A stretch of DNA of 64,000 nt from the human T2T-CHM13v2.0 reference genome, Homo sapiens: positions 30,752,001 to 30,816,000 of the forward strand of contig CP086569.2 of the NCBI GenBank assembly GCA_009914755.4, in the 5' to 3' direction. Numbering within the stretch: position 1 is the stretch's first letter; the number at the start of each line of letters is the position of its first letter. The position numbers and the translations under genes are program-made. This document shows, piece after piece, positions 14,229 to 28,438 of the stretch. The notes under the pieces are model-generated. The model made no database searches, was not told the DNA's origin, and saw only the letters and a list, made by a program, of their open reading frames with translations.

Positions 14229-17200
14229 GCAATTTAATAAAATAGGATCAAATGTAATGGAATGGAATGGAAAGGAATCGAAACGAAAGGAATGGAGACA
14301 GATGGAATGGAATGGAACAGAGAGCAATGGTATAGAATGGAATGGAATCATCTGGAATGGAATTGAATGGAATGGAATAATATGAAATGGAATGGAATGG
14401 AATGGAATGGAATGCCCTTGAATTAAATGGACTGGAATGGAATGGACTTGAACAGAGTGGAATGGAAAGTGTTGAGATAGAATGGAATGGACTCCTTTGG
14501 AATGGTCTAGTATGCAATGCAATCGACTGGTAGGGAATCAAAAGGAATGTAATCGAATGGATTGGACTGGAATGCAATGGACTCGAATAGATTGGAAACG
14601 GAATGCAAAGGAATGGAATGGAATAGTATGGAATGGAATGGAAAGGAATGGAGTGGAATAGACTAGAGTGGAATGGAATAGACTGGAAAGCAATGGACTG
14701 GAATGGAACTTTCTTGAATGGACTGGAATCAAACGGAATGGAATGGAATGCAATCAAATGGCATGGAATAAAATAGAATGAAAGAGAATCAAATGGAATT
14801 GAATCGAATGGAATCGAATGGATTGGAAAGGAATAGAATGGAATGGAATGGAATTGACTCAAATGGAATGGACTAGAATGGAATGGATTCGAATGGAAGG
14901 CAAAGGAATGGAATCTATTGGAATGGACTGTAATGGAATGGAATGGAAGGGATTGGAATGGACTCGAATGGAATGGACTGCAATAGAAAGGATTCGAATG
15001 GAATGAAAAAGAATTGAATGGAATAGAACAGAATGGAATCAAATCGAATGAAATGGAATGGAATAGAAAGGAATGGAATGAAATGGAATGGAAAGGATTC
15101 GAATGGAATGCAATCGAATGGAATGGAATCGAACGGAATGGAATAAAATGGAAGAAAACTGGCAAGAAATGGAATCGAAATGAATGGAGTGTTATGGAAC
15201 GGACTCAAAAGGAATTGAATGTAATAGAATGGAGTGGAGTGGACTCGAATATAATGGACTGGAATGGAATGAAATCACATGGAATGGGAACGAATGGAAT
15301 GGAATGGAAAGGAATGGAATCGAATGGAAAGGAATCGAATGGAAGGGAATGAAATTGAATCAACAGGAATGGAAGGGAATAGAATAGACGGTAATGGAAT
15401 GGACTCGAATAGAATGGACACGAATGCTCAAATTGAATGGACTCGAATGGAATGGAAACGAAAGGAATGTCATCGAATGGAATTGAATCGATTGGAATGA
15501 AATCGCATAGAATGGAGTGGAATCAAATGGAATTGAATCGAAAGGAAAGGAAGCGAATGGACTGAAATGAAATGGAATGGAATTGAATGGAAAGTAATGC
15601 AATGGAATAGAATGGAACGAAATTTCACGGAATGGAATCAAACTGAATGGAATCAAATAAATGGAATCAAATCAAATGGAATGGAAAGGAATTGAATGGA
15701 GTAGATTGGATTGGATGGGATTGGAATGAAATGTACTGGAAAGGACTCGAATTTCATGAAACGGAATGGAATGAATTGGAACGGAATGGACTCGAATGGA
15801 ATGGAATGTCATGGAATGGCATCAAATGGAATGGCATCAAATGGAATGGAATCGAATGCAATGGAATGCTATGGAATGGAATGGAATGCATTGGAATGGA
15901 ATGTCCTCTAATGGAATGGATTCGAGTGGAATGGAATCGAATATAATGGAGTCGAATGAAATGGAATTGAAAGGAATGGGATCGAATCGAATGGAATATA
16001 CTGGAATGTAATGTAATGAACTCGAATGTAATTGACTGGAATGGAATGTACATGAATGGAAGGTAATCGAATGGAAAGTAATCCAATGGAATAGAATCTA
16101 ATGCAATAAAACCGACTCAGATAGAGTAGAATGTAATGGAATGGAGTGCAGTGCAATGGAATGGAATGGAATTGAATGCAATGGAATGGAATGGAATGGA
16201 ATGGAATGGAATGGAATGGAATGGAATGGAATGGGATGGAATGGTATGGAATGGATAGTAATGGACTGGAGTGAAATGGACTGGAAAGGAATGGACTCAA
16301 ATTGAAAGGGCTCGAAAGGAATGGAGTCAAATGGAATGGTCTGGAATGGAATGAACACGAATGTAATGCAATCCAATAGAATGGAATCGAATGGCATGGA
16401 ATATAAAGAAATGGAATCGAAGAGAATGGAAACAAATGGAATGGAATTGAATGGAATGGAATTGAATGGAATGGGAACGAATGGAGTGACATTGTATGCA
16501 GTAGAAGGGAATAGAATGGAATGCAAGCGAAAGGAAAGGAATGGATTGGAATGGAATGGAATTCATTGGAATGGAAGGGAATGTAGTGTAATGGACAGGC
16601 CTGGAATAAAGTGGAATGCTACGGTCTCGAATGGAATAAAAATGTATGGAATGGAATGCAATGAAATGGAATCGAATGTCATCGAATGTAATGGAATGCA
16701 ACAAAATGGAATCCAATATCATTGACAGGAAAGGCTGGGTGTCGAAAGGAATTGACTCCAATGGAATGGAATCGAATGGAATGGAAGTGAATAGAATCGA
16801 ACTAAATCGAATGGAATGGAATTGATAGGAACGGAATGGAAAGGAATGCAATGATTTGGCATGGAATGGAATCGAATGGCATCGAATGGAATGGAATGGA
16901 ATGCAATGGAATGGAATGTATTAGAATGTAATGAACTTTAATGGAATGTACTCGAATGGATTCGACTGGAATGGAATGTTCTGGAAGTGAATGGACTCCA
17001 ATGGAATGGATTCCAAAGGAATGGAATCGTACGGAATGGAATCTAATGGAATGGAATTAAATGGAAATGAATCAAATTGAATAGCACGGAATTGAATTGA
17101 ATGGAATGGAATGCAATGGAATCTAATGAAACGGAAAGGAAAGGAATGGAATGGGCTGGAATGGAAACGAATCGAAACGAATGGAATGGAATCGAACTGA

Positions 17201-17792
17201 AGAGACTGGAATGGAATGCACTGGAATGGAAGGGAGTGTAATGGAAGGTTCTCGAAAAAAATGGAATCGAATGGAATGGAATTGAATGGAACGGAATAGA
17301 GTCGAATGGAATTGAATGGAATGGAATGGACTAGAGTGAAATGGAATCGAACCACAAGGAATGGACAGGAATAGAATGGTCTCGAATTGAATGGAATTGT
17401 ATGGAATGGCATCAAACGGAATGGAATGGACAGCCACGGAATGGAATGCACTCGAATGCAATGGAGTCGAAACTAACGGACTGGAATAGAATGGACTCGA
17501 CTGGTACGGACTCCAATGGAATGGAATCGAATGGAAGGGAATCGAACGGAATGGACTCGAAGGGAAAAGACTGCAATGGAAAGGTCTCGAATGGAATGGA
17601 AATTAATGGAATGGAATGGAATCGAATGAAATGGAGTCAAAAGGAATGGAATCGAATGGCAAGAAATCGAATGTAATGGAATCGCAAGGAATTGATGTGA
17701 ACGGAACGGAATGGAATGGAACCCAAAGGAATGGAATAGAATGGAATGGAATCGAATGGAAAGGACTCGAATGGAAATCACTCGAATAGAAT
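14229..17792 (+). repeat. HOR unit U5 (3564 bp)
   Basis: Landmark at 14229; GGCC at 16598; contains a (GGAAT)10 tract at 16183-16232. Confidence 0.85.
16183..16232 (+). repeat. Perfect (GGAAT)10 tract at a copy-number-variable position inside the HOR
   Basis: Ten uninterrupted GGAAT at a unit offset where U1 has only about four (1961-1985). Confidence 0.8.
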
Positions 17793-20700
17793 GCAATTTA
17801 ATAAAATAGGATCAAATGTAATTGAATGGAATGGAAAGGAATCGAAACGAAAGGAATGGAGACAGATGGAATGGAATGGAACAGAGAGCAATGGTATAGA
17901 ATGGAATGGAATCATCTGGAATGGAATTGAATGGAATGGAATAATATGAAATGGAATGGAATGGAATGGAATGGAATGCCCTTGAATTAAATGGACTGGA
18001 ATGGAATGGACTCGAACAGAGTGGAATGGAAAGTGTTGAGATAGAATGGAATGGACTCCTTTGGAATGGTGTAGAATGCAATGCAATCGACTGGCAGGGA
18101 ATCAAAAGGAATGTAATGGAATGGACTGGACTGGAATGCAATGGACTCGAATAGATTGGAAACGGAATGCAAAGGAATGGAATGGAATAGTATGGAATGG
18201 AATGGAAAGGAATGGAGTGGAATAGAATAGAGTGGAATGGAATGGACTGGAAAGCAATGGACTGGAATGGAACTTTCTTGAATGGACTGGAATCAAACGG
18301 AATGGAATGCAATGCAATCAAATGGCATGGAATAAAATAGAATGAAAGAGAATCAAATGGAATTGAATCGAATGGAATCGAATGGATTGGAAAGGAATAG
18401 AATGGAATGGAATGGAATGGACTCAAATGGAATGGACTACAATGGAATGGATTCGAATGGAAGGCAAAGGAATGGAATCTATTGGAATGGACTGCAATGG
18501 AATGGAATGGAAGGGATTGGAATGGACTCGAATGGAATGGACTGCAATAGAAAGGATTCGAATGGAATGAAAAAGAATTGAATGGAATAGAACAGAATGG
18601 AATCAAATCGAATGAAATGGAATGGAATAGAAAGGAATGGAATGAAATGGAATGGAAAGGATTCGAATGGAATGCAATCGAATGGAATGGAATCGAACGG
18701 AATGGAATAAAATGGAAGAAAACTGGCAAGAAATGGAATCGAAATGAATGGAGTGTTATGGAACGGACTCAAAAGGAATTGAATGTAATAGAATGGAGTG
18801 GAGTGGATTCGAATATAATGGACTGGAATGGAATGAAATCACATGGAATGGGAACGAATGGAATGGAAAGGAATGGAATCGAATGGAAAGGAATCGAATG
18901 GAAGGGAATGAAATTGAATCAACAGGAATGGAAGGGAATAGAATAGACGGTAATGGAATGGACTCGAATAGAATGGACACGAATGCTCAAATTGAATGGA
19001 CTCGAATGGAATGGAAACGAAAGGAATGTCATCGAATGGAATTGAATCGATTGGAATGAAATCGCATAGAATGGAGTGGAATCAAATGGAATTGAATCGA
19101 AAGGAAAGGAAGCGAATGGACTGAAATGAAATGGAATGGAATTGAATGGAAAGTAATGCAATGGAATAGAATGGAACGAAATTTCACGGAATGGAATCAA
19201 ACTGAATGGAATCAAATCAATGGAATCAAATCAAATGGAATGGAAAGGAATTGAATGGAGTAGATTGGATTGGATGGGATTGGAATGAAATGTACTGGAA
19301 AGGACTCGAATTTCATGAAACGGAATAGAATGAATTGGAACGGAATGGACTCGAATGGAATGGAATGTCATGGAATGGCATCAAATGGAATGGAATGGAA
19401 TGCAATGGAATGCTATGGAATGGAATGGAATGCATTGGAATGGAATGTCCTCTAATGGAATGGATTCGAGTGGAATGGAATCGAATATAATGGAGTCGAA
19501 TGAAATGGAATTGAAAGGAATGGGATCGAATACAATGGAATATACTGGAATGTAATGTAATGAACTCGAATGTAATTGACTGGAATGGAATGTACATGAA
19601 TGGAATGTAATCGAATGGAAAGTAATCCAATGGAATAGAATCTAATGCAATAAAATCGACTCAGATAGAGTAGAATGTAATGGAATGGAGTGCAGTGCAA
19701 TGGAATGGAATGGAATGGAATGCAATTGAATGGAATGGAATGGAATGCAATGGAATGGAATGGGATGGAATGGTATGGAATGGATAGTAATGGACTGGAG
19801 TGAAATGGACTGGAAAGGAATGGACTCAAATTGAAAGGGCTCGAAAGGAATGGAGTCAAATGGAATGGTCTGGAATGGAATGAACACGAATGTAATGCAA
19901 TCCAATAGAATGGAATCGAATGGCATGGAATATAAAGAAATGGAATCGGAGAGAATGGAAACAAATGGAATGGAATTGAATGGAATGGAATTGAATGGAA
20001 TGGGAACGAATGGAGTGAAATTGTATGCAGTAGAAGGGAATAGAATGGAATGCAAGCGAAAGGAAAGGAATGGATTGGAATGGAATGGAATTCATTGGAA
20101 TGGAAGGGAATGTAGTGTAATGGACAGGCCTGGAATAAAGTGGAATGCTACGGTCTCGAATGGAATAAAAATGTATGGAATGGAATGCAATGAAATGGAA
20201 TCGAATGTCATAGAATGTAATGGAATGCAACAAAATGGAATCCAAAATCATTGACTGGAAAGGCTGGGTGTCGAAAGGAATTGACTCCAATGGAATGGAA
20301 TCGAATGGAATGGAAGTGAATAGAATCGAACTAAATCGAATGGAATGGAATTGATAGGAACGGAATGGAAAGGAATGCAATGATTTGGCATGGAATGGAA
20401 TCGAATGGCATCGAATGGAATGGAATGGAATGCAATGGAATGGAATGTATTAGAATGTAATGAACTTTAATGGAATGTACTCGAATGGATTCCACTGGAA
20501 TGGAATGTTCTGGAAGTGAATGGACTCCAATGGAATGGATTCCAAAGGAATGGAATCGTACGGAATGGAATCTAATGGAATGGAATTAAATGGAAATGAA
20601 TCAAATTGAATAGCACGGAATTGAATTGAATGGAATGGAATGCAATGGAATCTAATGAAACGGAAAGGAAAGGAATGGAATGGAATGGAATGGGCTGGAA

Positions 20701-21331
20701 TGGAAAGGAATCGAAACGAATGGAATGGAATCGAACTGAAGAGACTGGAATGGAATGCACTGGAATGGAAGGGAGTGTAATGGAAGGTTCTCGAAAAAAA
20801 TGGAATCGAATGGAATGGAATTGAATGGAACGGAATAGAGTCGAATGGAATTGAATGGAATGGAATGGACTAGAGTGAAATGGAATCGAACCACAAGGAA
20901 TGGAGAGGAATAGAATGGTCTCGAATTGAATGGAATCGTATGGAATGGCATCAAAAGGAATGGAATGGACAGCCACGGAATGGAATGCACTCGAATGCAA
21001 TGGAGTCGAAACTAATGGACTGGAATAGAATGGACTCGACTGGTACGGACTCCAATGGAATGGAATCGAATGGAAGGGAATCGAACGGAATGGACTCGAA
21101 GGGAAAAGACTGCAATGGAAAGGTCTCGAATGGAATGGAAATTAATGGAATGGAATGGAATCGAATGAAATGGAGTCAAAAGGAATGGAATCGAATGGCA
21201 AGAAATCGAATGTAATGGAATCGCAAGGAATTGATGTGAACGGAACGGAATGGAATGGAATCCAAAGGAATGGAATAGAATGGAATGGAATCGAATGGAA
21301 AGGACTCGAATGGAAATCACTCGAATAGAAT
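17793..21331 (+). repeat. HOR unit U6 (3539 bp); carries 5-bp and ~15-bp pentamer-phase deletions
   Basis: Landmark at 17793; GGCC at 20127. One pentamer missing at ~18861 and ~15 bp missing at ~19385 relative to neighbours. Private variants 'gtagaatgc' (~18073) and 'gtaatggaatggactggactgg' (~18112), shared with U16. Confidence 0.85.
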
Positions 21332-24300
21332 GCAATTTAATAAAATAGGATCAAATGTAATGGAATGGAATGGAAAGGAATCGAAACGAAAGGAATGGAG
21401 ACAGATGGAATGGAATGGAACAGAGAGCAATGGTATAGAATGGAATGGAATCATCTGGAATGGAATTGAATGGAATGGAATAATATGAAATGGAATGGAA
21501 TGGAATGGAATGGAATGCCCTTGAATTAAATGGACTGGACTCGAACAGAGTGGAATGGAAAGTGTTGAGATAGAATGGAATGGACTCCTTTGGAATGGTG
21601 TAGTATGCAATGCAATCGACTGGCATGGAATCAAAAGGAATGTAATGGAATGGATTGGACTGGAATGCAATGGACTCGAATAGATTGGAAACGGAATGCA
21701 AAGGAATGGAATGGAATAGTATGGAATTTAATGGAAAGGAATGGAGTGGAATAGACTAGAGTGGAATGGAATGGACTGGAAAGCAATGGACTGGAATGGA
21801 ACTTTCTTGAATGGACTGGAATCAAACGGAATGGAATGCAATGCAATCAAATGGCATGGAATAAAATAGAATGAAAGAGAATCAAATGGAATTGAATCGA
21901 ATGGAATCGAATGGATTGGAAAGGAATAGAATGGAATGGAATGGAATTGACTCAAATGGAATGGACTAGAATGGAATGGATTCGAATGGAAGGCAAAGGA
22001 ATGGAATCTACTGGAATGGACTGTAATGGAATGGAATGGAAGGGATTGGAATGGACTCGAATGGAATGGACTGCAATAGAAAGGATTCGAATGGAATGAA
22101 AAAGAATTGAATGGAATAGAACAGAATGGAATCAAATCGAATGAAATGGAATGGAATAGAAAGGAATGGAATGAAATGGAATGGAAAGGATTCGAATGGA
22201 ATGCAATCGAATGGAATGGAATCGAACGGAATGGAATAAAATGGAAGAAAACTGGCAAGAAATGGAATCGAAATGAATGGAGTGTTATGGAACGGACTCA
22301 AAAGGAATTGAATGTAATAGAATGGAGTGGAGTGGACTCGAATATAATGGACTGGAATGGAATGAAATCACATGGAATGGGAACGAATGGAATGGAATGG
22401 AAAGGAATGGAATCGAATGGAAAGGAATCGAATGGAAGGGAATGAAATTGAATCAACAGGAATGGAAGGGAATAGAATAGACGGTAATGGAATGGACTCG
22501 AATAGAATGGACACGAATGCTCAAATTGAATGGACTCGAATGGAATGGAAACGAAAGGAATGTCATCGAATGGAATTGAATCGATTGGAATGAAATCGCA
22601 TAGAATGGAGTGGAATCAAATGGAATTGAATCGAAAGGAAAGGAAGCGAATGGACTGAAATGAAATGGAATGGAATTGAATGGAAAGTAATGCAATGGAA
22701 TAGAATGGAACGAAATTTCACGGAATGGAATCAAACTGAATGGAATCAAATCAATGGAATCAAATCAAATGGAATGGAAAGGAATTGAATGGAGTAGATT
22801 GGATTGGATGGGATTGGAATGAAATGTACTGGAAAGGACTCGAATTTCATGAAACGGAATGGAATGAATTGGAACGGAATGGACTCGAATGGAATGGAAT
22901 GTCATGGAATGGCATCAAATGGAATGGCATCAAATGGAATGGAATCGAATGCAATGGAATGCTATGGAATGGAATGGAATGCATTGGAATGGAATGTCCT
23001 CTAATGGAATGGATTCGAGTGGAATGGAATCGAATATAATGGAGTCGAATGAAATGGAATTGAAAGGAATGGGATCGAATACAATGGAATATACTGGAAT
23101 GTAATGTAATGAACTCGAATGTAATTGACTGGAATGGAATGTACATGAATGGAATGTAATCGAATGGAAAGTAATCCAATGGAATAGAATCTAATGCAAT
23201 AAAATCGACTCAGATAGAGTAGAATGTAATGGAATGGAGTGCAGTGCAATGCAATGGAATGGAATGGAATGCAATGGAATGGAATGGAATGGAATGGAAT
23301 GGAATGGGATGGAATGGTAAGGAATGGATAGTAATGGACTGGAGTGAAATGGACTGGAAAGGAATGGACTCAAATTGAAAGGGCTCGAAAGGAATGGAGT
23401 CAAATGGAATGGTCTGGAATGGAATGAACACGAATGTAATGCAACCCAATAGAATGGAATCGAATGGCATGGAATATAAAGAAATGGAATCGAAGAGAAT
23501 GGAAACAAATGGAATGGAATTGAATGGAATGGAATTGAATGGAATGGGAAGGAATGGAGTGAAATTGTATGCAGTAGAAGAGAATAGAATGGAATGCAAG
23601 CGAAAGGAAAGGAATGGATTGCAATGGAATGGAATTCATTGGAATGGAAGGGAATGTAGTGTAATGGACAGGCCTGGAATAAAGTGGAATGCTACGGTCT
23701 CGAATGGAATAAAAATGTATGGAATGGAATGCAATGAAACGGAATCGAATGTCATAGAATGTAATGGAATGCAAAAAAATGGAATCCAAAATCATTGACT
23801 GGAAAGGCTGGGTGTCGAAAGGAATTGACTCCAATGGAATGGAATCGAATGGAATGGAAGTGAATAGAATCGAACTAAATCGAATGGAATGGAATTGATA
23901 GGAACGGAATGGAAAGGAATGCAATGATTTGGCATGGAATGGAATCGAATGGCATCGAATGGAATGGAATGGAATGCAATGGAATGGAATGTATTAGAAT
24001 GTAATGAACTTTAATGGAATGTACTCGAATGGATTCGACTGGAATGGAATGTTCTGGAAGTGAATGGACTCCAATGGAATGGATTCCAAAGGAATGGAAT
24101 CGTACGGAATGGAATCTAATGGAATGGAATTAAATGGAAATGAATCAAATTGAATAGCACGGAATTAAATTGAATGGAATGGAATGCAATGGAATCTAAT
24201 GAATCGGAAAGGAAAGGAATGGAATGGAATGGAATGGACTGGAATGGAAAGGAATCGAAACGAATGGAATGGAATCGAACTGAAGAGACTGGAATGGAAT

Positions 24301-24875
24301 GCACTGGAATGGAAGGGAGTGTAATGGAAGGTTCTCGAAAAAAATGGAATCGAATGGAATGGAATTGAATGGAACGGAATAGAGTCGAATGGAATTGAAT
24401 GGAATGGAATGGACTAGAGTGAAATGGAATCGAACCACAAGGAATGGACATGAATAGAATGGTCTCGAATTGAATGGAATCGTATGGAATGGCATCAAAC
24501 GGAATGGAATGGACAGCCACGGAATGGAATGCACTCGAATGCAATGGAGTCGAAACTAATCGACTGGAATAGAATGGACTCGACTGGTACGGACTCCAAT
24601 GGAATGGAATCGAATGGAAGGGAATCGAACGGAATGGACTCGAAGGGAAAAGACTGCAATGGAAAGGTCTCGAATGGAATGGAAATTAATGGAATGGAAT
24701 GGAATCGAATGAAATGGAGTCAAAAGGAATGGAATCGAATGGCAAGAAATCGAATGTAATGGAATCACAAGAAATTGATGTGAACGGAACGGAATGGAAT
24801 GGAATCCAAAGGAATGGAATAGAATGGAATGGAATCGAATGGAAAGGACTCGAATGGAAATCACTCGAATAGAAT
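21332..24875 (+). repeat. HOR unit U7 (3544 bp)
   Basis: Landmark at 21332; GGCC at 23671; short form 'ggactggactcgaac' at ~21535 as in U1/U2. Confidence 0.85.
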
Positions 24876-27800
24876 GCAATTTAATAAAATAGGATCAAAT
24901 GTAATGGAATGGAATGGAAGGGAATCGAAACGAAAGGAATGGAGACAGATGGAATGGAATGGAACAGAGAGCAATGGTATAGAATGGAATGGAATCATCT
25001 GGAATGGAATTGAATGGCATGGAATAATATGAAATGGAATGGAATGGAATGGAATGGAATGCCCTTGAATTAAATGGACTGGAATGGAATGGACTCGAAC
25101 AGAGTGGAATGGAAAGTGTTGAGATAGAATGGAATGGACTCCTTTGGAATGGTATAGTATGCAATGCAATCGACTGGCAGGGAATCAAAAGGAATGTAAT
25201 CGAATGGATTGGACTGGAATGCAATGGACTCGAATAGATTGCAAACGGAATGCAAAGGAATGGAATGGAATAGTATGGAATGGAATGGAAAGGAATGGAG
25301 TGGAATAGACTAGAGTGGAATGGAATGGACTGGAAAGCAATGGACTGGAATGGAACTTTCTTGAATGGACTGGAATCAAACGGAATGGAATGCAATGCAA
25401 TCAAATGGCATGGAATAAAATAGAATGAAAGAGAATCAAATGGAATTGATTCGAATGGAATCGAATGGATTGGAAAGGAATAGAATGGAATGGAATGGAA
25501 TGGACTCAAATGGAATGGACTAGAATGGAATGGATTCGAATGGAAGCCAAAGAATGGAATCTATTGGAATGGACTGTAATGGAATGGAATGGAAGGGATT
25601 GGAATGGACTCGAATGGAATGGACTGCAATAGAAAGGATTCGAATGGAATGAAAAAGAATTGAATGGAATAGAACAGAATGGAATCAAATCGAATGAAAT
25701 GGAATGGAATAGAAAGGAATGGAATGAAATGGAATGGAAAGGATTCGAATGGAATGCAATCGAATGGAATGGAATCGAACGGAATGGAATAAAATGGAAG
25801 AAAACTGGCAAGAAATGGAATCGAAATGAATGGAGTGTTATGGAACGGACTCAAAAGGAATTGAATGTAATAGAATGGAGTGGAGTGGACTCGAATATAA
25901 TGGACTGGAATGGAATGAAATCACATGGAATGGGAATGAATGGAATGGAATGGAAAGGAATGGAATCGAATGGAAAGGAATCGAATGGAAGGGAATGAAA
26001 TTGAATCAACAGGAATGGAAGGGAATAGAATAGACGGTAATGGAATGGACTCGAATAGAATGGACAGGAATGCTCAAATTGAATGGACTCGAATGGAATG
26101 GAAACGAAAGGAATGTCATCGAATGGAATTGAATCGATTGGAATGAAATCGTATAGAATGGAGTGGAATCAAATGGAATTGAATCGAAAGGAAAGGAAGC
26201 AAATGGACTGAAATGAAATGGAATGGAATTGAATGGAAAGTTATGTAATGGAATAGAATGGAACGAAATTTCACGGAATGGAATCAAACTGAATGGAATC
26301 AAATCAATGGAATCAAATCAAATGGAATGGATAGGAATTGAATGGAGTAGATTGGATTGGATGGGATTGGAATGAAATGTACTGGAAAGGACTCGAATTT
26401 CATGAAACGGAATGGAATGAATTGGAACGGAACGGACTCGAATGGAATGGAATGTCATGGAATGGCATCAAATGGGATGGCATCAAATGGAATGGAATCG
26501 AATGCAATGGAATGCTATGGATTGGAATGGAATGCATTGGAATGGAATGTCCTCTAATGGAATGGATTCGAGTGGAATGGAATCGAATATAATGGAGTCG
26601 AATGAAATGGAATTGAAAGGAATGGGATCGAATACAATGGAATATACTGGAATGTAATGTAATGAACTCGAATGTAATTGACTGGAATGGAATGTACATG
26701 AATGGAATGTAATCGAATGGAAAGTAATCCAATGGAATAGAATCTAATGCAATAAAATCGACTCAGATAGAGTAGAATGTAATGGAATGGAGTGCAGTGC
26801 AATGGAATGGAAAGGAATGGAATGCAATGGAATGGAATGGAATGGAATGGAATGGAATGGAATGGAATGGAATGGAATGGTGTGGAATGGATAGTAATGG
26901 ACTGGAGTGAAATGGACTGGAAAGGAATGGACTCAAATTGAAAGGGCTCGAAAGGAATGGAGTCAAATGGAATGGTCTGGAATGGAATGAACACGAATGT
27001 AATGCAATCCAATAGAATGGAATCGAATGGCATGGAATATAAAGAAATGGAATCGAAGAGAATGGAAACAAATGGAATGGAATTGAGTGGAATGGAATTG
27101 AATGGAATGGGAACGAATGGAGTGAAATTGTATGCAGTAGAAGAGAATAGAATGGAATGCAAGCGAAAGGAAAGGAATGGATTGGAATGGAATGGAATTC
27201 ATTGGAATGGAAGGGAATGTAGTGTAATGGACAGGCCTGGAATAAAGTGGAATGCTACGGTCTCGAATGGAATAAAAATGTATGGAATGGAATGCAATGA
27301 AACGGAATCGAATGTCATAGAATGTAATGGAATGCAAAAAAATGGAATCCAAAATCATTGACTGGAAAGGCTGGGTGTCGAAAGGAATTGACTCCAATGG
27401 AATGGAATCGAATGGAATGGAAGTGAATAGAATCGAACTAAATCGAATGGAATGGAATTGATAGGAACGGAATGGAAAGGAATGCAATGATTTGGCATGG
27501 AATGGAATCGAATGGCATCGAATGGAATGGAATGTAATGCAATGGAATGGAATGTATTAGAATGTAATGAACTTTAATGGAATGTACTCGAATGGATTCG
27601 ACTGGAATGGAATGTTCTGGAAGTGAATGGACTCCAATGGAATGGATTCCAAAGGAATGGAATCGTACGGAATGGAATCTAATGGAATGGAATTAAATGG
27701 AAATGAATCAAATTGAATAGCACGGAATTGAATTGAATGAAATGGAATGCAATGGAATCTAATGAAACGGAAAGGAAAGGAATGGAATGGAATGGAATGG

Positions 27801-28438
27801 GCTGGAATGGAAAGGAATCGAAACGAATGGAATGGAATCGAACTGAAGAGACTGGAATGGAATGCACTGGAATGGAAGGGAGTGTAATGGAAGGTTCTCG
27901 AAAAAAATGGAATCGAATGGAATGGAATTGAATGGAACGGAATAGAGTCGAATGGAATTGAATGGAATGGAATGGACTAGAGTGAAATGGAATCGAACCA
28001 CAAGGAATGGACAGGAATAGAATGGTCTCGAATTGAATGGAATCGTATGGAATGTCATCAAACGGAATGGAATGGACAGCCACGGAATGGAATGCACTCG
28101 AATGCAATGGAGTCGAAACTAATGGACTGGAATAGAATGGACTCGACTGGTACGGACTCCAATGGAATGGAATCGAATGGAAGGGAATCGAACGGAATGG
28201 ACTCGAAGGGAAAAGACTGCAATGGAAAGGTCTCGAATGGAATGGAAATTAATGGAATGGAATGGAATCGAATGAAATGGAGTCAAAAGTAATGGAATCG
28301 AATGGCAAGAAATCGAATGTAATGGAATCGCAAGGAATTGATGTGAACGGAACGGAATGGAATGGAATCCAAAGGAATGGAATAGAATGGAATGGAATCG
28401 AATGGAAAGGACTCGAATGGAAATCACTCGAATAGAAT
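24876..28438 (+). repeat. HOR unit U8 (3563 bp)
   Basis: Landmark at 24876; GGCC at 27234. Private variants 'tgaatggcatggaataatatg' (~25015) and the 1-bp deletion 'gaagccaaagaatgg' (~25545), shared with U9 and the start of U10. Confidence 0.85.
26829..26878 (+). repeat. Perfect (GGAAT)10 tract at the same variable position in U8
   Basis: Ten uninterrupted GGAAT followed by 'ggtgtgg'. Confidence 0.8.
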
